Shown here: positions 1 through 10,267 of the stretch, piece by piece
How the letters are laid out: each line of letters opens with the position of its first letter
Position numbering within the stretch: position 1 is the first letter of the stretch
Source: Nitrospirota bacterium
Lineage (GTDB): Bacteria > Nitrospirota > UBA9217
Length of the DNA: 64,000 bases
Direction: 5' to 3'
NCBI GenBank assembly: GCA_963796285.1
Contig: CAWCKW010000003.1
Location: forward strand, 192,001-256,000
The notes under the pieces: model-generated
The model's database searches: none
Seen by the model: the letters and a program-made list of their open reading frames with translations, nothing else
Told to the model about the DNA's origin: nothing
Position numbers and translations under genes: made by a program

Positions 1-738
1 CGCATCGAGGTCGATGGTGAGATAGATGTCCGTGCCGGGCTTTGGCTCCTCGATGCCGAGGTCCTTCACCTTCCTGCCCGCTGCGTTGACCTGGATCATG
101 CGCCTGCCCGCAACGCCGCGCAATAACTTGTCGTAGATCTTTTCCAGGCCACTCTGGCCGGTAAGCATCCCGATATCGGCCTGTACTTTCTTGCGCTGGG
201 ACTGAGATACCTTGCCGATGTAGCCGAACTGGTGGGAAGCGAGCTCCCCGTAAGGATAATGCCTGAGGTGCTCAGGTTCGATGATCGCCCCGGGCAGATC
301 ATCCTGATGGGCCTCGACCACGGCCACCTCGTCCCAGGGCGCCTCTTCCCGGATCTTTACCGGATCATAACTTGTTCTGACGTCGTTAGCTTCTTCGAGG
401 GCTTTGCGGATGGCATCCGGAGTGACCTTGACGATTGCCGACAACTTCTCAATCGTGGCGTCAAGGTCAGGGGCGTCTTCGGGGATCAGCGAGACATCGA
501 AGACGAGTTCATTCTCGACAAGCGGCCTGCCGCTGCGGTCGTAGATAACACCCCGGGGCGGCCTGAGCATGACCGGTCTGATCCGGTTGTTCTCCGCCTG
601 CTCCTGATAATACGCTCCCTTTACCACCTGGAGATACCAGAGGCGGATGAAGAGTATCACAATAACAAGGATGATAAAGGCTGCCAGAAGCGGAAGCCTA
701 CTCTGGATATCGTCGGGGCTGTCCTGTTGCTGATACAT
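1..738 (-). CDS. mrdA: Penicillin-binding protein 2, 5' part (runs off the window start)
   Basis: ATG at 738 directly follows the mreD stop. Hand translation MYQQQDSPDDIQSRLPLLAAFIILVIVILFIRLWYLQVVKGAYYQEQAENNRIRPVMLRPPRGVIYDR has the PBP2 RLxxLQ and PRGxIYDR motifs. Canonical position after mreBCD. Confidence 0.93.
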   Translation of the reverse strand, partial: MYQQQDSPDDIQSRLPLLAAFIILVIVILFIRLWYLQVVKGAYYQEQAENNRIRPVMLRPPRGVIYDRSGRPLVENELVFDVSLIPEDAPDLDATIEKLSAIVKVTPDAIRKALEEANDVRTSYDPVKIREEAPWDEVAVVEAHQDDLPGAIIEPEHLRHYPYGELASHQFGYIGKVSQSQRKKVQADIGMLTGQSGLEKIYDKLLRGVAGRRMIQVNAAGRKVKDLGIEEPKPGTDIYLTIDLDA

Positions 739-1251
739 TTACAACTCCCTTTGAACGGTTCGTCGCATCACTGCCGACATGACTCTCTTGTTGCCGAGCA
801 GCCTCAGCAACATCGCGCCCAACACGCCGGTGTATAGTGCTTGGGGAAGGATGCGGCCCGCCATCAGGCTGAAAAAGGGGACCGACCCGTAGAACAGCTG
901 CAGAAAAAACGTTACGACGATCCCTTCCAGCAGGCTGAAAGCCGCCAGGAAGACGCTGTTCGAAGGGCTGGTATAGTCGAGCACTCTCCTGCCGAGCAGT
1001 CCCGCGGAGAGACCGACCAGCCCCCTGGTCAGGCCCGAAAACCCGATAAAGCTCGCAGAACCGATATCCTGGACCAGCCCGATGGCCATGCCCGCGAGAG
1101 CGGCCTCCCAGGGTCCGGTCAGCAGCCCTATGATATAGAGCAGGGCCAGGGCAAGGTCCGGCTTGATTCCACCAAGCGACAGGGGTTCGAGCAGGACTGC
1201 CTGAACAGGAATGATCAAGAGCAGAATAGTAAAATACACGAGGGATTTCAT
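739..1251 (-). CDS. mreD: Rod shape-determining protein MreD
   Basis: 170-aa hydrophobic ORF with PDLxL and GLxQD motifs, between mreC and mrdA. Confidence 0.9.
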   Translation of the reverse strand: MKSLVYFTILLLIIPVQAVLLEPLSLGGIKPDLALALLYIIGLLTGPWEAALAGMAIGLVQDIGSASFIGFSGLTRGLVGLSAGLLGRRVLDYTSPSNSVFLAAFSLLEGIVVTFFLQLFYGSVPFFSLMAGRILPQALYTGVLGAMLLRLLGNKRVMSAVMRRTVQREL

Positions 1252-2054
1252 TTCAAGAGCACGAGCGCCTCTTCCAGGCGAGAGAGTCCGACTGCAGGCT
1301 CAGCCACCACGGTCTGGAACGGGATGGCCTCATGTTTTGATACTTTGACGACACTCGCCACGGCGAGACCTTTGGGATAGATGCCATCGAGGCCCGACGT
1401 GACGAGCACATCGCCTTCCTGGATGTCAGCATAGTACGAAATATATTTAAGGGAGCAATTGACGAGCTTGCCCTCGAGCAGCCCTTCTTCGCGGTTCCGC
1501 AAGACACGGACGGCGATCGTGCTGCCGGGATCGGTCAGGAGAAGGACCTTCACTGTGCCGGGAAGCACGGCCTGGACCTTCCCGACCACCCCTTGCGCGG
1601 TGATCACGGCCATGTCCTTCCGGATTCCATTGTCCGAACCCTTGTTGAGGGTGACCGTGCTGGAAACCGGCGAAGACTGCTTGCCGATCACCTCCGCCAT
1701 GACTGACGGCGGCGGATAGGTCCGTTTAAAGTCCAGCGAATCCCGCAGCCGTTCATTCTCGTGCAGCAGCTCGTTCATGACGCCGTTCTCGAGCTGCAGT
1801 CGTTCATTCTCGCTCCGAAGCCGCTGGTTATCCTGCTGGGTGTTGACGAGAAGAATATACCCCTTTCCGATGGACGCCGCAGTGTCAAAGGGCCAGCTTA
1901 TGATACGCTCAAAAAAGCCCGAGACGGCCAGGACCGGCTCTTCCATGAACGTGAACCGCCCGTTCTTTACCTGGAGAGTGATCAGCCAGAAGAGGAGGAT
2001 AAAGAGGAAAAGGATCGACAACGATTTTCTGTGTTTTGCAATAAACCCGGGCAT
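1248..2054 (-). CDS. mreC: Rod shape-determining protein MreC
   Basis: N-terminal TM, coiled coil (ENERLR), NKGSDNGI, GVVGKV, LVTSGLDGIYPKG. Start placed at ATG 2054 (MPGFIAK); the upstream extension in the ORF track runs through a repeat element. Confidence 0.92.
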   Translation of the reverse strand: MPGFIAKHRKSLSILFLFILLFWLITLQVKNGRFTFMEEPVLAVSGFFERIISWPFDTAASIGKGYILLVNTQQDNQRLRSENERLQLENGVMNELLHENERLRDSLDFKRTYPPPSVMAEVIGKQSSPVSSTVTLNKGSDNGIRKDMAVITAQGVVGKVQAVLPGTVKVLLLTDPGSTIAVRVLRNREEGLLEGKLVNCSLKYISYYADIQEGDVLVTSGLDGIYPKGLAVASVVKVSKHEAIPFQTVVAEPAVGLSRLEEALVLLK

Positions 2055-2072
2055 CCGCTTCAGCCGCTTTCC

Positions 2073-2186
2073 GTTTACCCCGTTAGAGCCCGTCCCGAGC
2101 GCTCTCGTGGGCGCCATGGCAATGATTGCCGTAAATTGCATCCGTGAGGATCAATATCTTCGACAAGCTCTGACGGGGTTTACCCC
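2073..2186. repeat. Small palindromic MITE/REP-like element
   Basis: Inverted repeat ACCCCGTTAGAGC (2077-2089) / GCTCTGACGGGGT (2167-2179), one mismatch. GTTTACCCC occurs at both ends (2073-2081 and 2178-2186). Confidence 0.6.
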
Positions 2187-2280
2187 ATCTTTCCTTGATC
2201 GGCGTGCCGCTCCTGGTTACAGAGCTGTTCGTCAAAACGTTCGTGCTCGTTGGGCAACATTTTTCTATCTCTCACGGGAG

Positions 2281-3306
2281 TTACATGATGACTTTTTTCA
2301 GAATTTCCTCATCATCGAGGACCATACCTGCCCCGAGCGCTACGCAGGTAAGCGGGTTTTCAGCGATGATAATGGGAAGGGAGGTCTCCTCGCGCAGGAA
2401 CACATCGAGCCCTTTCAGGAGCGCGCCTCCGCCTGCCAACACAATGCCTTTGTCCACGATGTCCGCCGACAGCTCCGGAGGTGTGTTCTCGAGCGCCAGC
2501 TTGATGCCGTTCAGTATCTGGCTGACCGTTTCCGCGAGCGACTCGCGCACTTCGTCGTCGTCGAGGACGAGCGTCTTGGGGATGCCGGAAACCAGGTCGC
2601 GGCCCTTGATCTCCATCGTATGCCGTTCGCCGTCCGTCTTGTACGCCGAACCGAGTTCGAGCTTGATCGATTCGGCCATCATTTCGCCGATCAGGAGGTT
2701 GTACTTGCGCTTGATGTAGTTGATGATCGCCTCGTCCATCTTGTCGCCGCCCACCCGGATGGCCTTGCTGTAGACCACGCCGTCCATGGAGATGACGGCG
2801 ATGTCCGTGGTGCCGCCGCCGATGTCCACGATCATATTGCCCGAGGGCTCGGAGATGGGCAGCCCCGTCCCGATGGCCGCTGCCACGGGCTCCTCGATGA
2901 GGTAGACATCCCGTCCGCCCGAGGTGATGGCGGCGTCCTTGACCGCCCGCTGTTCCACCTGCGTGATCCCCGAGGGGACGCCGATGACGATGCGGGGCCG
3001 CATGAACGACTTGCGGTTATGTACCTTGCGGATGAAGTACTTCAGCATCTCGCCGGTGATGTCGAAGTCGGAGATGACGCCGTCCTTGATCGGACGGATC
3101 GTCTTGATATCGCCGGGCGTGCGGCCGAGCATCCGTTTCGCCTCCACGCCCACGGCAAGCACCTTGCCGGATTTGACAGAAATGGCGACGACAGACGGCT
3201 CGTTGCAGATGATCCCCTTCCCTTTCACGTAGACCAGGGTGTTGGCCGTGCCCAGATCGATCGCCATGTCGTTCGAAAACCAGCCCATGATAGTATTGAT
3301 AAACAT
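2281..3306 (-). CDS. mreB: Rod shape-determining protein MreB
   Basis: [27 protein letters not shown] and LAGGGALL actin-fold motifs. Confidence 0.97.
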   Translation of the reverse strand: MFINTIMGWFSNDMAIDLGTANTLVYVKGKGIICNEPSVVAISVKSGKVLAVGVEAKRMLGRTPGDIKTIRPIKDGVISDFDITGEMLKYFIRKVHNRKSFMRPRIVIGVPSGITQVEQRAVKDAAITSGGRDVYLIEEPVAAAIGTGLPISEPSGNMIVDIGGGTTDIAVISMDGVVYSKAIRVGGDKMDEAIINYIKRKYNLLIGEMMAESIKLELGSAYKTDGERHTMEIKGRDLVSGIPKTLVLDDDEVRESLAETVSQILNGIKLALENTPPELSADIVDKGIVLAGGGALLKGLDVFLREETSLPIIIAENPLTCVALGAGMVLDDEEILKKVIM

Positions 3307-3479
3307 TGTTACAGGAACTCCTTTCGATGAGAAAAAAATACATATACTCAGGACCAGAAAAAAATCATGCAGGTAGAAACCTTTGCGTTCTGGTTTTGCG
3401 CGAGATGCTTTTCCCCGTCTTGTTAGACCTGAGCAGTAAGAAGTTAATTCACGTTCACACTGCTGTCATAGATACATAA

Positions 3480-3965
3480 TTATTGCGGCATATCGAGCGG
3501 CCTGTTCGTACCCGTCGGCGAGGCCTCGTGCTGCTGAACCAGCGCGGCCTTTTTCTCTCCCGGGACCGGCGCCTCCAGAACAACCTGCGTCCTCGCCAGC
3601 ATGTCGCCGATCCGCATCCCTGTCTTGTCGCCAATTGCTGTAAGGCATTCCGCGCCGAGGGCAAGCGTTCCGAATACCCAGCCCACATAGGGTATCAAAA
3701 AGAGAAAATAGGCCAGAACAAGCGGGACATTCCTGATGATCGAGTCCCGGTAGGTCGACGCAGGCCCGGAGTCCTCCAATGATACGACCCTCAGCCCGAT
3801 GAGTTTTTTCCCGATGCTTCGGCGATCGAACAGCCCATCACGGATGAGAATGTACCCTGACGCGGACAAAAAACCGATGACATCCGGCAGTCTTGCCAGG
3901 CCGATGATAAGCAGGAGATCGACAAGTCCCGCAACTGCTCTGGTTGTAAGGTCCGCCCTCTGCAA
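3480..3965 (-). CDS. RDD family membrane protein
   Basis: R..A.LVD, SIGKKLIGLRVV and RIGDMLARTQVV motifs; TTG start with GGAGG RBS. Confidence 0.85.
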   Translation of the reverse strand: MQRADLTTRAVAGLVDLLLIIGLARLPDVIGFLSASGYILIRDGLFDRRSIGKKLIGLRVVSLEDSGPASTYRDSIIRNVPLVLAYFLFLIPYVGWVFGTLALGAECLTAIGDKTGMRIGDMLARTQVVLEAPVPGEKKAALVQQHEASPTGTNRPLDMPQ

Positions 3966-4138
3966 TGAGCCTCCTGAACTAGTTCATACTAGCAGAATAA
4001 AAAAGGTATTTCAAGACTAAAAAAGGCTTCGGGTACTGTGGAGAGAACTCAAAAAGGGTCACTGTGCGCCTAACATGCAATGGACGAAGTGGTCCTGACC
4101 GGGTATACTTAAAGCATCGTTTCCCGAAAGGACCTCCT

Positions 4139-5983
4139 ATGCCAATTGACGCAGAGGGTAAAGGCCGTTCCCTGCTATCCAATACAGATTGGGGGAAAAT
4201 ATTACCTTTCCTGAACTGGAAGCAGTTGATAAACCGCAGAAGCACCCGCGCCGACCTCTTGGCCGGGATCACCGGTGCGATCATCGTGCTGCCGCAGGGA
4301 GTCGCCTTTGCCATGATAGCGGGCCTCCCGCCGGAATACGGGCTCTACTCGGCGATCGTCCCCGCGATGATCGCAGCCCTGTTCGGTTCTTCATTTCACC
4401 TGATCTCCGGGCCCACGACCGCCATCTCCATCGTGGTCTTCACCACCATCAGCCCCCTTGCCGAACCTTCAAGCGCGACATATATAGAAATGGTTCTGAC
4501 CCTCACGTTCATCGCCGGCGCATTCCAGTTCGCCTTAGGGCTTGCGCGGCTCGGCGCGCTCGTCAATTTCGTGTCCCATTCCGTGGTCGTGGGCTTTACG
4601 GCCGGGGCTGCCTTGCTTATCGGGTCCAGCCAACTTAGCAACTTCTTCGGCGTGCCGGGTTCGAAGCATCATGCCTTTGTCCATGTCTGGATGGACCTCT
4701 TCCACAAGCTGCCGGAGGCAAACCTCTATGTCGTGGGCATCGCCCTGACCACGCTGGTTGCCGCCCTTGTGTTCAAAATCTACCTCCCCCGCTGGCCCGG
4801 CATGCTGCTTGCCATGATCATCGGCAGCATCCTATCACTGGCGCTGAACGGCAAGGAACACGGCGTACGGCTCATCGGGTCCTTGCCAGGCCATTTGCCG
4901 CCGTTCTCTCTGCCCGATCTTTCGACAGCTTCGGTGCGCGAGCTTGCGCCTGCCGCTCTCGCCGTTGCCATGCTCGGCCTGACCGAGGCCGTGTCCATTG
5001 CGCGGGCCGTGGCCACCCGCTCTCATCAGCGCATCGACAGCAACCAGGAGTTCATCGGCCAGGGCCTTTCGAACCTCGTGGGCAGCTTTTTTTCGAGCTA
5101 TGCCGCGTCAGGCTCTTTTACCCGCACGGGACTTAATTACGAGGTGGGAGCCAAAAGTCCCATGGCGGCCGTGTATGCGGCAATCACCCTGGCCATGGTG
5201 CTGCTGCTCATCGCCCCGCTCACGGCCTATCTGCCCATCGCATCCATGGCCGGCGTGCTGCTCCTGGTGGCCTACGGCCTTGTGGACCTGCACCATATCA
5301 AAACCATCGTCAGCGTAAGCAAACAGGAGACCTCCGTGCTTGCTGTCACCTTTTTTGCGACGCTGCTTGTAGAACTGGAATTCGCAATTTACGTCGGAGT
5401 TATCCTGTCGCTCCTGCTCTACTTGAACCGCACCTCGCACCCCCATTTTGTCACCCTGGTCCCCGATCCCGACAGCAACCGGCGAAGCTTCGTGAACATA
5501 CTGAAAAAGCCGTCACTTGAATGCCCCCAGATGAAGATCATCCGGATCGACGGATCACTGTTCTTCGGCGCCGTAAATCATATCGCCGATCAACTGGACA
5601 AGATCGCCAAGGAGAGCCCCGAGCAGGCCCATATATTGATCGTCGGCAGTGGCATCAATTTTATCGATGTGGCCGGATGCGAAATGCTGGCCAACGAGGC
5701 CCATCGACTCCACCTCAACGGAAGAAAGCTCTACCTATGCTCTATGAAGAGCGAGATCCTTGACATACTGGGGCGTGGCGGCTACCTTGATCGGATCGGC
5801 GAGGAGAATATCTTCCTGTCCAAGGTCCAGGCAATGAAAAGGATCGTGCTCCAACGTCTGGACCCTGAGCGGTGCCGTATCTGCCACGTCCGCATCTTCA
5901 CGGAATGCAGCCAGATGCCGCAGGAGCCAATGGCCAATGATCCTGAAAAGATCGTTGAACAAAGGATTAACTCGGAGTTATAA
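4139..5983 (+). CDS. SulP/SLC26 family anion transporter with STAS domain
   Basis: DLLAGITGAIIVLPQGVAFAMIAGLPPEYGLY, NQEFIGQGLSN, SGSFTRT and STAS RIDGSLFFG motifs. Start placed at ATG 4139. Confidence 0.93.
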   Translation: MPIDAEGKGRSLLSNTDWGKILPFLNWKQLINRRSTRADLLAGITGAIIVLPQGVAFAMIAGLPPEYGLYSAIVPAMIAALFGSSFHLISGPTTAISIVVFTTISPLAEPSSATYIEMVLTLTFIAGAFQFALGLARLGALVNFVSHSVVVGFTAGAALLIGSSQLSNFFGVPGSKHHAFVHVWMDLFHKLPEANLYVVGIALTTLVAALVFKIYLPRWPGMLLAMIIGSILSLALNGKEHGVRLIGSLPGHLPPFSLPDLSTASVRELAPAALAVAMLGLTEAVSIARAVATRSHQRIDSNQEFIGQGLSNLVGSFFSSYAASGSFTRTGLNYEVGAKSPMAAVYAAITLAMVLLLIAPLTAYLPIASMAGVLLLVAYGLVDLHHIKTIVSVSKQETSVLAVTFFATLLVELEFAIYVGVILSLLLYLNRTSHPHFVTLVPDPDSNRRSFVNILKKPSLECPQMKIIRIDGSLFFGAVNHIADQLDKIAKESPEQAHILIVGSGINFIDVAGCEMLANEAHRLHLNGRKLYLCSMKSEILDILGRGGYLDRIGEENIFLSKVQAMKRIVLQRLDPERCRICHVRIFTECSQMPQEPMANDPEKIVEQRINSEL

Positions 5984-6277
5984 CGCTTCCGGAACGTGTG
6001 TGACGGGCGACCTGTCCGGGGAGCTTTGATTTACCCTCTTGCTTCCTTTTACGTCGTTTTTCTGCGAAAATCTGCATAAACCTCATACGTAAAGACGACA
6101 GGTTGCGTCCCTGTCCTTAAAAAAGAGTTAGAGCTTTTCGTTTCAAAAAGGTGTATACTGATGTTTCCTGGAAAGGACCTCTGGTCCAGACGAGAACCTT
6201 CCGGAGCAATCCCCTCGACAGAGAAACTGCAAGTTCGTTGCAGATACCTCAGCCTAGTCAATGAAAAGGAGAGCACT

Positions 6278-6682
6278 ATGCCAGAAAAAATCCAAGCCGG
6301 CGAGAACATTGCCTCATACTGCACCAAGTGCAAACTGAGCCTCGACCATACGGTCGTGGCAATGACCGGCGAGACCATCGCCAAGGTAAAATGCAAAACC
6401 TGCGCCAGTGTGCACAAGTTCAAGGACCCGGCGGCCGTCAAGAAGCCCCGGACCGTGAAAAAGAAGGAAGATGCCGTGCGAACTGCCGAAACACTGTGGG
6501 AGACCAGCCTGTCCGAGACAAAAGGCAAAGAGCGCGTGTACGACATGTCCGGGAAATACCGCGTCGGCGACATCGTGCTCCACAATACCTTTGGCAAGGG
6601 CATCGTTCGGAAGCTCTATATGAACAAGTGCGACATGCTCTTCAAGGACAAAGAACGCCTCATGGCGTCGGCGAACCAATAG
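6278..6682 (+). CDS. Conserved hypothetical protein with two CxxC pairs (putative Zn ribbon) and a small C-terminal beta domain
   Basis: CTKC...H...CKTC..VH and GDIVLHNTFGKGIV; AAGGAG RBS before ATG 6278. Confidence 0.75.
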   Translation: MPEKIQAGENIASYCTKCKLSLDHTVVAMTGETIAKVKCKTCASVHKFKDPAAVKKPRTVKKKEDAVRTAETLWETSLSETKGKERVYDMSGKYRVGDIVLHNTFGKGIVRKLYMNKCDMLFKDKERLMASANQ

Positions 6683-6758
6683 CCTTCATTCTCTTACCGC
6701 ATTCGCCCCTGTGAGATAAAAAATGCTGACAGGAGAGAATCGCAAAAACGAACTGTAG

Positions 6759-6819
6759 GGGAAGAAGGTGAGAACGCAGGCACGTAAGCCGGCCCCCGTT
6801 TCTCACCTTCTTCCCTTTT
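6759..6819 (+). terminator. Long hairpin with T tail (terminator or octamer-based palindromic repeat)
   Basis: Perfect 16-bp inverted repeat GGGAAGAAGGTGAGAA (6759-6774) / TTCTCACCTTCTTCCC (6800-6815), followed by TTTT. Confidence 0.55.
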
Positions 6820-6857
6820 CAACTTCTCACCACAGCGCCAGGCAGTCTTGTTCCGAA

Positions 6858-8030
6858 ATGAGTACATCAAAAATCCTCATCACCTGCCCCAAAGGCATCC
6901 CTCCCTTTCTCAAGCAGGAGTTGTGCAACCTGCGCTTCCCGGTACTGTCCGAAAACATCGCCGGTGTCGAGACCGAGGGCAGCCTCGACGACGCCATGCG
7001 TTTAAACCTTCTTCTTCGAACCGGACACCGCGTTCTTTTCGTGCTGAAGGAATTTACGGCCGGGAACGCCGACGAACTCTATCGGGCGATACACGGCATC
7101 GCCTGGGAGCGGCACATCCCCGAGGACGGGTATCTCTGCATCACCTCGAGCGTTGATAATCCCACGATCAAAGACTCCCGCTTCGCGAGCCTGAAATGCA
7201 AGGACGCCATTGTCGACCGCATACAGGAACAATGCGGAAGGCGGCCCGACTCCGGTCCCGAACGCGACCGGTCCGTGGTGCATCTCTACTGGAAGGACGA
7301 CCAATGCTCGGTGTATCTCGATACTACCGGAGAGCCGCTCTCGCGCCGCGGTTACCGGAAGATCCCGCTGGGCGCGCCCATGCAGGAGACGCTGGCCGGT
7401 GCGGTCGTGCTCGCGACGGGCTGGAACGGAACGGGGAACTTCATCAATCCCATGTGCGGCAGCGGGACGCTCGCTATAGAGGCGGCGCTCATCGGCTTGG
7501 ACCGCGCGCCGGGGATACTGAGGAGCAACTTCGGGTTCATGCACCTCAAGGGATTCAACGAAGCCCGCTGGAACGAACTGCGCGAGAAGGCGCGGAAGGA
7601 GGCAAAGAAAAGCCTGCCTGGGAAGATCATCGCCACGGACATCAGCCCTCATGCGGTCGAAGCTGCGAAGAAGAACGCGACGACCGCCGGCGTTGAGCAT
7701 TCCATCGAATTCAGCGTCTGCAATTTCTCCGACACTCCCCTGCCCGGGGACGGAGGCGTCATTGTGCTGAACCCCGAGTACGGCGAACGGATGGGTGAGG
7801 TCCAGAGGCTGGAGGCCACCTACAAGGACATCGGCGATTATTTCAAGCAGAAGTGCAGAGGCTTTACCGGCTATGTCTTCACCGGCAATCCCGCGCTCGC
7901 CAAAAAGGTGAGCCTCAAACCGAAGAGGACCTTTCAATTTTTTAACAGCGGGATCGAGTGCCGGTTGCTCGAGTATGAGCTGTATGAAGGGACCAGAAAG
8001 GTCAAAAAGCCAAAACCGCCGAAGGACTAA
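6858..8030 (+). CDS. THUMP-domain class I SAM-dependent RNA methyltransferase (RlmL-like)
   Basis: KDAIVD, LDTTGEPLSRRGYR, APMQETLA, NPMCGSGT and NPEYGER motifs. Confidence 0.9.
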   Translation: MSTSKILITCPKGIPPFLKQELCNLRFPVLSENIAGVETEGSLDDAMRLNLLLRTGHRVLFVLKEFTAGNADELYRAIHGIAWERHIPEDGYLCITSSVDNPTIKDSRFASLKCKDAIVDRIQEQCGRRPDSGPERDRSVVHLYWKDDQCSVYLDTTGEPLSRRGYRKIPLGAPMQETLAGAVVLATGWNGTGNFINPMCGSGTLAIEAALIGLDRAPGILRSNFGFMHLKGFNEARWNELREKARKEAKKSLPGKIIATDISPHAVEAAKKNATTAGVEHSIEFSVCNFSDTPLPGDGGVIVLNPEYGERMGEVQRLEATYKDIGDYFKQKCRGFTGYVFTGNPALAKKVSLKPKRTFQFFNSGIECRLLEYELYEGTRKVKKPKPPKD

Positions 8031-8218
8031 AACCCGCCTCCCATCGTTTTTTGGCAGGAAGAGAATGCGTTTGTATGAACTCGAAAATCGTCATACCCGC
8101 CCTTTCCCCTCGTCAATAACCCCTTACAAAAACAAAAAATCATTTGCCATATCAACCCTGCTGCGTTATTATGCTAAGCTGTTTTAGCAACTCATCTTTT
8201 TACCAGCAAGGAAAACAA

Positions 8219-10085
8219 ATGCTCCAGATCACGAACATAGAAAAATCCTACGGCAAACAGCTGCTCTTTGACAGCGTCAACCTCACGGTCAATCCCGGGG
8301 AACGCGTGGGGCTCGTGGGCAGGAACGGCCACGGCAAGACCACGCTCTTCCGCCTGATCCTCGGCGAAGAGCATGCGGAATCGGGCTTGATCAAGGTGCC
8401 GAATGGATACACCATCGGCCACCTCTCGCAGCATATCAGTTTCACCGAGGACACGGTGATCAAGGAGGCCTGTCTGAGCCTCCCGGAGAACGAGGACCAT
8501 ATCGATGAAACGTACAAGGCCGAGGCGATCCTGTTCGGCCTCGGGTTCACGGCCGAGGACATGGACAAGGACCCGGCCTCGCTCTCGGGCGGGTACCAGG
8601 TCAGGCTGAACCTCACGAAGGTCCTGGTGTCCGAGCCCAACCTCCTGCTGCTCGATGAACCCACGAACTATCTCGACATCATCTCGGTCCGCTGGCTCAC
8701 CCAGTTCCTGCGCGCCTGGAGGAGCGAACTCATCATCATCACCCACGACCGCGACTTCATGGACAGCGTCACCACCCACACCATGTGCATCCACCGGAAC
8801 AAGATCCGCAAGGTCGCCGGGTCCACGGAAAAGCTGTACGCCCAGATCCTGCTGGAAGAGGAAGTCTACGAAAAAACGCGGCAGAACGACGACAAGAAGC
8901 GCAAGGAGGCCGAGGCCTTCATCAACCGCTTCCGCGCTTCTGCCACGAAAGCCAAAGCGGTCCAGTCCCGCATCAAGGCCTTCGAAAAACGCGAAAAATT
9001 CGATAAGCTCGAGGAGATCAAGACCCTCGATTTCTCATTTCGCTCGGCGCCTTTTGCCGCCAAATGGCTTCTGACCGTGGAAGACCTTTCCTTCTCCTTC
9101 ACCCCTGACGGGCCGAAGTTGATCGACGGGATCTCCTTCGGCGTCGGGAAAAAAGACCGCATCGCCGTCATCGGTAAGAACGGCAAGGGAAAGACCACTC
9201 TCCTGAACCTGCTGGCGAACGAGATGACCGCAACGGACGGCGAGGTAAGGCTCCATCCGAACACGAAGCTCGCTTATTTCGGCCAGACGAACATCAACCG
9301 GCTGAATCCCGCCAAAACTGCCCTTGACGAGATCATGACCGCCCATCCGGAGCACAGCCATGGCATGGCCCGCGCCATCTGCGGCGCCATGATGTTCGAG
9401 GGCGACAACGCCCTCAAAAAGGTGAGTGTGCTCTCGGGCGGTGAGAAGAGCCGCGTGCTGCTCGGCAAGCTCCTTGTCTCTCCAGCCAACCTCCTGATGC
9501 TCGATGAGCCGACGAACCACCTGGACATGGAGTCCATCGACTCGCTTGTCGAGGCCATCGAGGTCTTCGACGGCGCGGTGATCATCGTGACGCACAGCGA
9601 AATGATCCTGAACGCCGTGGCCACGAAGCTGATCGTCTATGACAAGGGAACGGTCAGCGTGTTCGACGGCACGTACCGGGAATTCCTCGAGCGCGTGGGA
9701 TGGGACGACGAGGGCGGCGTCAAGGCGCCGAAACAAAAGAAGAAGGACCAGGACCGGGGCGGCAACCGCAAGGACGCGAAGAAACTGCGCGCCGGGCTCG
9801 TGGCGGACAAGTCAAAGGTCCTGAGCACACTGAAGAGCAGGATCGCGGCGCTCGAAGAAGAGATCACGAAACTGGAGTTCGACGTGGAACAGGACACGCA
9901 GAAGCTGCTTGAGGCCTCCGTCAAGGGCGAGGCCCTGTCCATCAAGCGGCTGTCGCAGACCGTCCGGGACAACAAGGCGCGCATCGATGCGCGCTTTGCG
10001 GAGCTCCAGACCGTCACCACCGAGCACGACGAGAAGGCGAAACGAGTTCGACCAGCAGCTGAACGAGCTGGCGCTGATATCGTAA
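8219..10085 (+). CDS. ABC-F family ATPase; probable +1 indel near 10040
   Basis: Two ABC domains (GRNGHGKT, LSGG, LLLDEPTN; GKNGKGKT, LSGGEK, MLDEPTNH), no TM segments, C-terminal coiled coil. Removing one A near 10040 gives the natural end ANEFDQQLNELALIS* at 10085. Confidence 0.9.
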
Positions 10086-10110
10086 AATTTTGCAACAGGA
10101 TACCATCGTC

Positions 10111-10252
10111 TCGCGCAAAGCCGCAAAGACCGCAAAGAACGGCAAAAACAAAGGGGGCTATTGTCTAAATTCAAGACTTATCGGTTTTCCTTTGCGACTT
10201 GGCGGCTTTGCGCGAAAATGATTTGCCTGGTTCCGGCTTGTCCATGTTTAGG
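10111..10252. repeat. CGCAAAG-type intergenic palindrome followed by the TGGTTCCGGCTTGTCC motif
   Basis: Perfect 14-bp inverted repeat TCGCGCAAAGCCGC (10111-10124) / GCGGCTTTGCGCGA (10202-10215). A related copy lies at 32407-32534. The motif at 10228-10243 recurs at 31575-31590. Confidence 0.7.
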
Positions 10253-10267
10253 TATGGTGATACAACG

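Noticed and set aside
1777-3330. 517-aa plus-strand ORF and other long antisense ORFs (21047..22408, 42092..43423, 50087..51334, 7002..7937)
   Set aside because: They lie opposite well-supported genes, have no motifs, and are the expected shadow ORFs of GC-rich coding DNA.
5873-5890. CRICH in the SulP C-terminus as a heme-c site
   Set aside because: It follows the cytoplasmic STAS domain and is part of a CxxC..RIFxEC cysteine tail; heme-c attachment needs an exported segment.
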